From Victivallaceae bacterium (GTDB lineage: Bacteria > Verrucomicrobiota > Lentisphaeria > Victivallales > Victivallaceae): a stretch of 32,000 nucleotides of DNA. Both the position numbers and the translations under genes were made by a program. Below, in pieces: positions 7,616-15,800 of the stretch. Where the stretch lies: contig JAZNBV010000035.1 in NCBI GenBank assembly GCA_045587205.1, positions 3,372 through 35,371 on the forward strand. The letters run 5' to 3'. How positions within the stretch are numbered: the first letter of the stretch is position 1; each line of letters begins with the position of its first letter. Under the pieces are notes generated by a model. The model had not been told where the DNA came from and searched no databases. It saw only the letters and a program-made list of their open reading frames with translations.

Positions 7616-10090
7616 ATGGATGGATTGTTTTTGACCGTACTTTTTGCGGCAGTTGCCTTTGGAATTGTTTTTCCGGTAGTCTGTATGGTAAGTTTGAACA
7701 GAATCAGCCGGAAACTTTCTGATATGGAGTGCAAGATCAATCTTTTATACATAAATAAACTGAAAACGCAATCCGGGGAAACAATTGCAAATACAGAACT
7801 GCCGGAAGTTGATATTCCGGAAGAGCAGACTGTTCCTGTTCCGGCAGAAAAACCGTTGGAGCCGGAAGCAGCACTTACTCCGGAAAGTACGCCCAAAACA
7901 GCATCCGCTCCGGAGATAAAAACTGAACTCAAGCCGGAATTTGCTGCTGAAGCAGCGGCTCCTGAAGCATATAAAACTCCGGGCAGGCTCGAAAAATTTC
8001 TGGATCTTCAGAGCGAAAAACTCAATGATAAAATTGCCGGTTTTGAAGACCGTTCCGCTATCGTTCTGCACAAGATCGCCAGCTGGATAACCGTGGGCGA
8101 AGAATACCGCACCGCCGGTGTGGCGCGCGAATACGCCGTTGCCACCACCTGGCTGATCCGGCTGGGGGTAATAATTCTGCTTTGCGGAATCGGATTTTTC
8201 CTCAAATACTCAATCGACCGCAACTGGACGCCGCCGGCGGTACGGGTGATACTTATGACTGTTACCGGGCTGGCTGTGACCGTTGCCGGTTCGTGGAAAA
8301 GCCGCGGCAAATACCGCCCGCTTGCCATAGCGCTTGCCGGGGCGGGGATCGTAACGCTTTATTTGAGCATTATGACCGCGTACAAACTCTATGACCTTAT
8401 TCCGGCTCCGTTGGCATTTGCCTTTATGGTCGCGGTAACAGCGGCGGCAATGGCAAGCGCGTTGTCTGCCAATGCATTGCTGACGGCGCTGCTGGGGTGT
8501 ACCGGTGGATATCTTACGCCGGTATTTATCAACACCGGTTCGCAGAATATAACTGCACTTTTCATCTATATGACCATCTTGAGCAGCGGAACACTGTTGG
8601 CGGCGCGTTACAAAAACTGGGCGCTGCTGAATATATCAAGTTTTGTTATGTATTTGTGTATCGGTGCAGCGGCAGTAAATTATCTGCCGCAAAAGCACGC
8701 ATTGGCGGTGATCGCGCTGCTGGCGGTGAATTATCTGATTTTCACGCTCCAGCAGATATCATCTTCGTTCAAGCGTGATATGAGCATTGTTGAAGCGGTA
8801 ATGTTCTGCGGAAATATTGCATTTTTCTTTGCTGCGGCTCTGACATTGAGTTCGCGTTATTATTCTGATTGGCAGCTGCCGGCACTGGTATCACTGTTTG
8901 CGGCAGCGGCGGCATTTACCGCAATCATATATTTGACTTGCAAGATCAAGCATCCGCCGGTTGCCTTGATGATCTTTCTGCAGATACAACTCTGCTTTGC
9001 CCTGACTTTAACTGTACCGCTGCTGCTCGGCGGAGTGTGGGTGGTTGCCGCGTGGTCGGTTATGGCATATCTGCTTATGAGTTCGGCACTCAAACTCAAA
9101 AGCCGGACTCTTTTGTGTGCATCGGTGATCCTTTATCTGGTTACGGCAGTGCGCGAAATTGCTGTACCGGCGGCATTCACCGGAGAATATGCAAGTTATC
9201 TTGACCAACTGCTGGCACATCTGCTGACGGCGGGCGTTTACATTGCTTCACTGACCGCCGCCGGAATAAAACTTATGCGTTCAGTCAAAACAGAAAAATC
9301 TCCGGAAACCATACCGGTACTCGGTGGATTATCGCAGTTGTTCACCGGAGCGGCGGCAGGGATATTTTTTCTCTATTCAAGTTACGAAATTTTCTCGGCG
9401 GTCAGCTGCGGCATTTACGATTTCCGTTACGGCGTGCTGGTGCTGTACTGGAGTGTGATATTTGCATTGCTCTGCCGGATATTCCGCAAATATATGCTTT
9501 TCAAACTTACGGTTCTGCCGGTGATACTGGCGGCGCTGGCCGGAATATGGATGCTTATATGGGGCGAACCGTACACTATTGCCAACATTTACTGGAAAAG
9601 TTTTCTCTTTACTGTACTGACTGCGGGTATCTATATAAGTGCACTGCTCTTTACGGCAAAAGAACTTGTCAAAACCGCGCGAACAAACTCCCTTCCGGAA
9701 AATCAGCAGAATACCTTGAAAACTCTGGCGGTGATATTTTACACCCTTGCGGGCGTATTGTTCTGGATTTACAGCAGCAGAGAATTGTATGAATTTCTGA
9801 AAGAGTACCTCTCAAGTTTCCGCAACGGCGGCCTCTCTGTTTACTGGAGCGCGCTGGCATTTATTCTGCTGGTGTGGGGGCTTAAAAAGCAATACAAGGC
9901 TCTGCGTATGACCAGTATAGCATTGTTTGTAACAGTGGCATTCAAGATATTTTTTATCGATTTAGCCAATCTTGAGCAGCTTTGGAGGATCGTGGCATTT
10001 GCGGCAATCGGCACAGTTATGCTTGTAGGCGCAGTATTGTATATACGCTGTAAGGATATGTTTATAAAAAACAATGAGGATTCAGAATGA
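7616..10090 (+). CDS. DUF2339-like giant polytopic membrane protein
   Basis: 824 aa. It has an N-terminal TM (LFLTVLFAAVAFGIVFPVVCMV) and a Pro/Glu/Ala-rich linker (about aa 60-120). After that, hydrophobic helices are almost uninterrupted to the C-terminus, with internal repeats. Length and architecture match my recollection of the DUF2339 'predicted membrane protein' family. GGAGGG lies 5 nt upstream of the ATG. Confidence 0.6.
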   Translation: MDGLFLTVLFAAVAFGIVFPVVCMVSLNRISRKLSDMECKINLLYINKLKTQSGETIANTELPEVDIPEEQTVPVPAEKPLEPEAALTPESTPKTASAPEIKTELKPEFAAEAAAPEAYKTPGRLEKFLDLQSEKLNDKIAGFEDRSAIVLHKIASWITVGEEYRTAGVAREYAVATTWLIRLGVIILLCGIGFFLKYSIDRNWTPPAVRVILMTVTGLAVTVAGSWKSRGKYRPLAIALAGAGIVTLYLSIMTAYKLYDLIPAPLAFAFMVAVTAAAMASALSANALLTALLGCTGGYLTPVFINTGSQNITALFIYMTILSSGTLLAARYKNWALLNISSFVMYLCIGAAAVNYLPQKHALAVIALLAVNYLIFTLQQISSSFKRDMSIVEAVMFCGNIAFFFAAALTLSSRYYSDWQLPALVSLFAAAAAFTAIIYLTCKIKHPPVALMIFLQIQLCFALTLTVPLLLGGVWVVAAWSVMAYLLMSSALKLKSRTLLCASVILYLVTAVREIAVPAAFTGEYASYLDQLLAHLLTAGVYIASLTAAGIKLMRSVKTEKSPETIPVLGGLSQLFTGAAAGIFFLYSSYEIFSAVSCGIYDFRYGVLVLYWSVIFALLCRIFRKYMLFKLTVLPVILAALAGIWMLIWGEPYTIANIYWKSFLFTVLTAGIYISALLFTAKELVKTARTNSLPENQQNTLKTLAVIFYTLAGVLFWIYSSRELYEFLKEYLSSFRNGGLSVYWSALAFILLVWGLKKQYKALRMTSIALFVTVAFKIFFIDLANLEQLWRIVAFAAIGTVMLVGAVLYIRCKDMFIKNNEDSE

Positions 10091-11454
10091 AGTTTTTTAC
10101 CTGTCTTTTACTTGTATTGAGCATAAATTGCTGTTTAAGCGCTGATTCCGGACTTTCCCCTTACACCCACTGCCGGAGCGTTATGCCGCCATACGATATA
10201 GTTGCCGGAAAAAACGGTCAAACCTGTCCGGTGGTAAAAAACACTTACAACAAACTGCCGGTGATCGTACTCGATAAAGAGTTTTACAGCCGCCTGAATC
10301 CGGACAAAAACAATATTGCTGTTGCCGACGGCAAAACTTTTCTGCCCTTCGCGGTGCAGAAACTTTATAAACACTCTTCCCGACTCAATTACACTCCCCT
10401 GTCCGGCAGGATCACGGCTTTTCATATTGACCGCCAAAGCAACAGGGCGGTGATTGATTACGCTATCAGCAATCCGGATAATCTTCCGGTCGGCAGATTG
10501 GAAATCGATCCACAGAGCCGCAGAAAATTCAATAAAAAGGTTGTTTTAGAGTTTGAAAACGGCAAAACTTCGCAACAGTTTGATTTTTTCAACCACGCCG
10601 GAACGGTGGATTTTTCGCGGCACAAATTCGACTTTACGCCGTGTAAAATCAGCAAAGTGCAGATAAAAATTTCGCCCTTTGCCGAACAGCACAGCAGCAC
10701 CGATCAGTTACAGCACCGCGGGGATAATGAAAATTTTACCGAAAAAAAGATCTTTACCGAAGAATTGAGCATCAACAGCATAAAATTTTATGCCGCAGAA
10801 ACTGAAATTTATAAAAGCGAACTTCTGAAAACCGAACACGATATATCTGCTGTAAATATATCCAGCCAGCCCGGTAAAAGCATCTGGGAATTTGCTCTGC
10901 AGAAGGTTCCGGTAATTGAGTTGAGTGCAGTTTCTTCCACGCCCAACTATCACCGCCGCTATACGCTTGAATTCAGCAATACTGTTGATGGCAAAAAAGC
11001 GGCTGTAAAAACGCTCCGCGGCATACTCACGCCCGGGTTCCGGCTCAAATTTGATGAAATACGCGCAGAAAAAGCTGTTCTGACGATCGACGATCTTTCG
11101 AATCCGCCGCTTGCAGATACCGTCTTCGGCTGGGTGTCGCCGCAGGAAGCTGTCATTATTGAGCCGACCCGGCTGCCGCAAGATGTATTTTTTGTATTTT
11201 TCGGCGGCGAAGTGCAGAATCCGATGCAATTTGATTTCAAACACTATATTGATAAATTCAACTCGTGGGATTACTCTCCTCTGGAAATCAGCGCTGCAGC
11301 AGAAAATACATTAAAAAATAACCCGGAAAAAACAGCCTGGAAAAAGGTTATACAGAAAATCCTGCCCTATTTTATCGGAGCAATTATCCTGCTGCTGGCG
11401 GCATTCAGCTGCAAACTGATGCGTAAAGTCCGCCCCGACGATTACGAGTGGTAA
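10087..11454 (+). CDS. DUF3999-like secreted protein with C-terminal membrane anchor
   Basis: 455 aa. It has an N-terminal signal peptide (MKFFTCLLLVLSINCCLSA), a soluble beta-rich-looking body, and a C-terminal TM (ILPYFIGAIILLLAAFSC) followed by basic residues. The ATG overlaps the DUF2339 stop (ATGA at 10087-10090). The length fits what I recall for DUF3999 (mid-400s aa), as does adjacency to DUF2339. Confidence 0.55.
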   Translation: MKFFTCLLLVLSINCCLSADSGLSPYTHCRSVMPPYDIVAGKNGQTCPVVKNTYNKLPVIVLDKEFYSRLNPDKNNIAVADGKTFLPFAVQKLYKHSSRLNYTPLSGRITAFHIDRQSNRAVIDYAISNPDNLPVGRLEIDPQSRRKFNKKVVLEFENGKTSQQFDFFNHAGTVDFSRHKFDFTPCKISKVQIKISPFAEQHSSTDQLQHRGDNENFTEKKIFTEELSINSIKFYAAETEIYKSELLKTEHDISAVNISSQPGKSIWEFALQKVPVIELSAVSSTPNYHRRYTLEFSNTVDGKKAAVKTLRGILTPGFRLKFDEIRAEKAVLTIDDLSNPPLADTVFGWVSPQEAVIIEPTRLPQDVFFVFFGGEVQNPMQFDFKHYIDKFNSWDYSPLEISAAAENTLKNNPEKTAWKKVIQKILPYFIGAIILLLAAFSCKLMRKVRPDDYEW

Positions 11455-11535
11455 AAAAATACGCTCTGTAACCAATTCGAGGAGGGAAAAAGAGCTTTCC
11501 GGATCATAAAAATGTCACGATGCAGCCTGTAAGGC

Positions 11536-11561
11536 GGAGACGGAACTCCACATCTTTTTTT
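11536..11561 (+). terminator. Weak candidate terminator for the plus-strand operon
   Basis: GGAG-ACGGAA-CTCC (11536-11549), then ACATC and a T8 run (11554-11561). The stem is only 4 bp, so this is weak. Confidence 0.2.
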
Positions 11562-11648
11562 CCCTGCCTTTTCCCGGCGCTTCAAGTTTAGAAAATATAT
11601 AACAACATTATTTCTGTTCCGTCTGTCAACCAATGCTGGAAACAGAGC

Positions 11649-11686
11649 AAAAAATAATCCTCCGGAATCAGTTGTTCCCGGAGGAT
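11649..11686 (-). terminator. Rho-independent terminator of the 805-aa hydrolase-like gene
   Basis: A 9-bp perfect stem, ATCCTCCGG (11657-11665) with CCGGAGGAT (11678-11686), and a 12-nt loop. On the minus strand the hairpin is followed by TATTTTTT (complement of 11649-11656). It lies 19 nt after the stop at 11705. Confidence 0.7.
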
Positions 11687-11704
11687 AAAATGTAGCTGAT
11701 ACGC

Positions 11705-14122
11705 TTATTTTTCAAACCCCAACCTGCGGATATCCAGTAAAGGTTCGGTAAAAATCACAAAACGTCTGACTTCCGCCCAGTCATTGAGCATTCTTGCCAT
11801 ACCTGGCCCACCGGTATTAAAGGGGCGGATGCCGTCAGCACCATCCATCATAAAGCGGTAATAGATCGACTTCCACTGATTGTTTGAGCAATATATCTGT
11901 ACCGGGCGCTTCACCAGACCGGCTTCTTCTTCCGGAGTCGGGTCGTGACCGTCAATAGTACTTTCCACGCGGGGATAGAGTTTGACCGGGATCGGAGATT
12001 TTTTTATCATTTCCCGGAACGGAGTCAGTGAAAAAAGTTTTTCAGGACCATTACCGTAGAACCCCGGCGAAATGGCATCCACCAGACCTTCTTCCAGAAA
12101 ACGATCCACCGGAGTACCGTATTTTTTATAATTTTCGCAATCGATATGTACTTCCAGTTCAATAGCCGGATGGATCTTTTTGATTTCGGAACGTACTTCA
12201 CGGAGCCATCCGGTCATAATTTCGCCAATCATTTTCTGCCAGCGTTCATTACCGACATCGTTCCAGTTGCAGAAACCGTACAAACGGGTGTATTCATCGA
12301 TCAACGGTTTATCATATCCGAAAAAAGCCGGGTGCCGCAGAAAGTCAATCACCAGTGCATCCGGCTTGTAAGCGGCGATTTCCTTTGCCATTGCCAGATA
12401 AAAGTCGCGGACTTCCTTATAAGCGTAACTGGGCTTGGGAGTTTTTCCCCAGCGCTGTACTATACCGAATTCGGGGTGATCTATAAGGTACTGCGCGTTT
12501 TTATCGCAGTTTTTTGCCGAATAAAATGCATTGGCACGCAAAGTTACAGTATAACGGACATTATATTTACGAGTGGCTTCGCGCAGGATCTGCACTGAAT
12601 CTTTGCCGGTTGTCCGGATAAGTTTTTCCACCCGTTCTGCCGCCAACCGGTCACCTTTACGGGCAAATCTTACATTACGCTGCTTACCGAACATTGTACT
12701 GACTTTGCTCGGATAATTTGTTGCACAGGTACCGACACACCAATCATATGCTATAACATTGCCGGATGCTGTATTTTTTATCCTGTCGTGCAATATTTTT
12801 TCGGTGATCTCGCGTCTGAAAAAGTCGCTGAATCCGTCGCCGTGCGAAATTATGCTCCGACGACCGGGAAGACTCTTTTCTGCAAAGATTTTTTTCTGTT
12901 CATCATCAGCTTTTACAATAAAGACTTCACCCAGCTGAGCGCCGGCATTTTTTGCAGTAAAACTTATATTGTCACCGGTTTTGAATTCATAGATTCCCAG
13001 AAAATTTTCGCCGGTGATCCATTGATTACTGTCGTGTTTTGGCGCCCAGAGATCAAGAACCACATTATTTTTTTTCACTCCGGGGGCATTGAAAGTAAAT
13101 GCACTCTTTCCCCGGATAACAGCATAGACAGCATAACTTCCGCTGACCGGTATATTGAATTCGATCTTTGCATTGGCTTTATCTGCCGAGTAAAATGGTA
13201 CTGTTGTATTACCGATGAGGATATTTTTAATACTCCAGTTGGTATGTTTTTCCGTTTTAAGGATCTTTTTTTCCGGCAGATAAAATATCTTTATCTCTCG
13301 CGTTGCCCAGATTATACCGTCACTGCCGATGGCGGAAACTTCCAAAGTATGCACACCGTAAGGTACATCTTTTATCTGCAGCGGAATGGTACAAACGCTG
13401 CTGTTTTTCAATCCGCTTACATCTTTTTCCGCCAGAATGTTGCCATTTTTGAGTCTGACTGCAACTTTACCATTCTCGCCATTATGTCCGGCAAGCTGAA
13501 ACGTACAGTTGAACTTGCCGTCAGTACTCATCGGCACATTGAGTCCTGCAAAATTGATCTTGGCAAATACCTTGACGTGTTTGTGATCGTACAATACACG
13601 GTAGATGTAACTGTCTTGCGCCCACGGTATGTAGATACGGAAGTATCTGCCGTAAAAATCCCCCTTCAGGGTAATACGGTTGCACAGTGTAACCTTTTTG
13701 CGGTAATCAGTTTTGGTGTAAAAAAGTTGTTCGATTCCGGTTTTGACGAGCTTATATTTTTTGCCGTCCATACTTACATAAACAAAGGCTTCCCGGATTT
13801 CATCGCCTTTTACCTTATACGCGTTAAGCTGTTCGCAATCCAGCACTATACGCGAAAGCAATTCCGGATTTTTGAGCATAAAATCCATATAGCGGTTATT
13901 ATAAGGTATCGCCAGACTCGGTCCCGGCTTGAGCAAAGTAAACGGTATATCGGTAAGATCGGTATCTTTTTTGCAGCTGTTCCATCCCCAGCCGGCAATA
14001 TGAACAGAATCTTTTCCCCACGCCTGATCAAGTTTGGACACATCCGGCAGATTTTCCATTGCCAAAAGCGGCAAAGCAAAAATCAGACTTGATAAAACAC
14101 TGCATATTCTTCCGATATTCAT
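11705..14122 (-). CDS. Secreted multi-domain protein with a C-terminal glycoside-hydrolase-like TIM-barrel (GHL10/YngK-like) and N-terminal beta-sandwich (CBM/Ig-like) modules
   Basis: I prefer ATG 14122 (MNIGRICSVLSSLIFALPLLA, a signal peptide) to the track start 14179. The C-terminal half (YAYKEVRDFYLAMAKEIAAYKPDALVIDFLRHP...IELEVHID) resembles GHL10-type hydrolase-like domains. The N-terminal two thirds look like jelly-roll/Ig repeats. The family call is tentative. Confidence 0.45.
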   Translation of the reverse strand: MNIGRICSVLSSLIFALPLLAMENLPDVSKLDQAWGKDSVHIAGWGWNSCKKDTDLTDIPFTLLKPGPSLAIPYNNRYMDFMLKNPELLSRIVLDCEQLNAYKVKGDEIREAFVYVSMDGKKYKLVKTGIEQLFYTKTDYRKKVTLCNRITLKGDFYGRYFRIYIPWAQDSYIYRVLYDHKHVKVFAKINFAGLNVPMSTDGKFNCTFQLAGHNGENGKVAVRLKNGNILAEKDVSGLKNSSVCTIPLQIKDVPYGVHTLEVSAIGSDGIIWATREIKIFYLPEKKILKTEKHTNWSIKNILIGNTTVPFYSADKANAKIEFNIPVSGSYAVYAVIRGKSAFTFNAPGVKKNNVVLDLWAPKHDSNQWITGENFLGIYEFKTGDNISFTAKNAGAQLGEVFIVKADDEQKKIFAEKSLPGRRSIISHGDGFSDFFRREITEKILHDRIKNTASGNVIAYDWCVGTCATNYPSKVSTMFGKQRNVRFARKGDRLAAERVEKLIRTTGKDSVQILREATRKYNVRYTVTLRANAFYSAKNCDKNAQYLIDHPEFGIVQRWGKTPKPSYAYKEVRDFYLAMAKEIAAYKPDALVIDFLRHPAFFGYDKPLIDEYTRLYGFCNWNDVGNERWQKMIGEIMTGWLREVRSEIKKIHPAIELEVHIDCENYKKYGTPVDRFLEEGLVDAISPGFYGNGPEKLFSLTPFREMIKKSPIPVKLYPRVESTIDGHDPTPEEEAGLVKRPVQIYCSNNQWKSIYYRFMMDGADGIRPFNTGGPGMARMLNDWAEVRRFVIFTEPLLDIRRLGFEK

Positions 14123-14150
14123 CGTACAGACCCTTTTTATTATATGGTTG

Positions 14151-14220
14151 ATCATAAAACAGGTACACCGTAAAATCAATATTGCAAATAAAATATATGA
14201 TATTTTTACCTTTTTCTCAA
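14151..14220 (-). promoter_or_regulatory. Two candidate sigma70-type promoters for the 805-aa gene
   Basis: Read on the minus strand. P1 is TTGAGA (14220-14215), N17, TATATT (14197-14192). P2 is TTGATT (14179-14174), N17, TATGAT (14156-14151). Both lie downstream of the rhaB terminator and upstream of ATG 14122. Confidence 0.4.
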
Positions 14221-14240
14221 TAAAAGTCTGACATTACTGC

Positions 14241-14279
14241 AAAAAAAAATACGGCTGCAATATCTTTACTGCAGCCGTA
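14241..14279 (-). terminator. Rho-independent terminator of the rhamnose operon
   Basis: A 10-bp perfect stem, TACGGCTGCA (14250-14259) with TGCAGCCGTA (14270-14279), and a 10-nt loop. On the minus strand it is followed by a T9 run (complement of A9 at 14241-14249). It lies 20 nt after the rhaB stop. Confidence 0.8.
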
Positions 14280-14298
14280 CAGAATCTGTAAACTGATT

Positions 14299-15780
14299 TT
14301 ACAGCAGAGTTTTGAAGCGCTCCATATTATCGGCAAATATACGTTGCAGCTGCGGATCGACTTCGTAATTCACCACCGGGAAACTGTTGCGCACGATTTC
14401 GCGTGCCGCTGCCCAATCTGCCGCTGCCCCCACTGTAACCGCCTGGGCAAGAATATTACCGATCGCCGTAGCTTCGATAGGACCGGCAATCACCGGTCTG
14501 CCGATTGCTGCTGCCGCCTGACGCATCAGACGGCTGTCCTGCGTACCGCCGCCGATGATATTCAGCACCGGATACTTTTTGCCAACCGATTTTTCCAACT
14601 CATCAAGTTTACAGGCAAAGCAGAGCGCCAGCGAATCATACACCGCGCGCAATATGGCGGATTCATCCATATTTTCTGCTCCGGGCTGTCTGGTATCAAT
14701 ACAATACTGTCTGATACGCGCCGGCATATTATCCGGCGCCACAAAATCTGCAGCGCAGGGATTGATCAGAAAACCGCAGGGTTCAGCACTTTCCGCCATT
14801 GCTTCAAGCGTATCAAAACTTGCATCCATACCGCGCAATTTGAAATCACGGCGGCATTCCTGCAGCAGCCAGCAGCCCATAATATTGGTCAGATAACGGA
14901 TCTTGCCGTTCAAACCGCCCTCATTGGTAAAGGTCTGCTTGGATACATCGCAGCAAGGTTCATCAAGTTCGCACCCCAGCAGCGCCCAGGTTCCGCAGCT
15001 GACATACGCCGCATCTTTGCTGGCAGCCACCGGCACTGCGCCCACGGCACTGGCGGTATCGTGCGAACCGACTTTGATGATCGGAATTTCAGCAAGACCA
15101 CTGTTCTCTGCCAAAGCTTTATCGAGTTTGCCGCCAATCGTGCAAGGCTGAACGATCTCCGGAAAAATCTCCCGCGGCAGCTGAAGAAGGTCGATCAAAT
15201 CCCAATCCCAACTGCGAGTAACCGGATTCAGCAGATTACCGGTTGAAGCGTGGGTGTATTCGGCAGTGAAATCGCCGCCCAGAGCAAAACCAAGAGCATC
15301 AGGCATCGGCAGAAAGACTGCATCAGCAAGATCAGCAGGATTTTCCAGACGGTGTGCGGTAAGCTGATAAATTGTATTGAGCGACATAAACTGTATGCCG
15401 GTGCGTTTATACAAATCATCTTTGCTGATAAGTTTCTGCACTTCGGCTGCACCCCTGTCGCCGCGTTCATCGCGGTAATGATAGGGCAACCGCACCATTT
15501 CGCGGGTTTTATTGCTGAAAAGCACATAATCCACGCCCCAGGTATCGATCCCGATACCGGCAATATCGCTGGTGATCGCGGCGGCTTTGACAAGACCGGT
15601 TTTCAACTCATCTGCCAATGCCGGATAATCCCAATAGAGGGAATCACCGATCCGCTTGTGACCATTTTCAAAACGGTGAACTTCCTGCAGATCGAGTTTA
15701 CCATTTTCCAATTTACCGAGAATCGCCCGGCCGCTGGATGCCCCCAGGTCAAATGCGAGAAAATATTTTTTATCAGCCAT
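14299..15780 (-). CDS. rhaB: Rhamnulokinase (FGGY family)
   Basis: 493 aa. The N-terminus YFLAFDLGASSGRAILGKLENGKL.L.EVHRF.N is typical of RhaB, FGGY motifs run throughout, and the gene sits in a rhaA/aldolase context. True ATG at 15780. Confidence 0.85.
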   Translation of the reverse strand: MADKKYFLAFDLGASSGRAILGKLENGKLDLQEVHRFENGHKRIGDSLYWDYPALADELKTGLVKAAAITSDIAGIGIDTWGVDYVLFSNKTREMVRLPYHYRDERGDRGAAEVQKLISKDDLYKRTGIQFMSLNTIYQLTAHRLENPADLADAVFLPMPDALGFALGGDFTAEYTHASTGNLLNPVTRSWDWDLIDLLQLPREIFPEIVQPCTIGGKLDKALAENSGLAEIPIIKVGSHDTASAVGAVPVAASKDAAYVSCGTWALLGCELDEPCCDVSKQTFTNEGGLNGKIRYLTNIMGCWLLQECRRDFKLRGMDASFDTLEAMAESAEPCGFLINPCAADFVAPDNMPARIRQYCIDTRQPGAENMDESAILRAVYDSLALCFACKLDELEKSVGKKYPVLNIIGGGTQDSRLMRQAAAAIGRPVIAGPIEATAIGNILAQAVTVGAAADWAAAREIVRNSFPVVNYEVDPQLQRIFADNMERFKTLL

Positions 15781-15800
15781 TGCACAAATTTCCTTTTTTA

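Noticed and set aside
11442-11633. A 63-aa minus-strand ORF in the convergent intergenic region.
   Set aside because: It has a TTG start and no SD, overlaps the DUF3999-like 3' end, lies downstream of a terminator on its own strand, and has an implausible composition.
12788-14092. A 434-aa ORF on the plus strand, antisense to the 805-aa gene. Similar long antisense ORFs occur at 15618-16859 (413 aa), 28735-30030 (431 aa), 14344-15246 (300 aa), 6234-6992 (252 aa), 20259-20954 (231 aa) and 22260-22943 (227 aa).
   Set aside because: Their translations are low-complexity and rich in F/I/R/C/H, with no recognisable motifs. The opposite strand in every case encodes a protein with clear family signatures. 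They are shadow ORFs arising from codon bias (few TTA/CTA/TCA codons in the sense frame).
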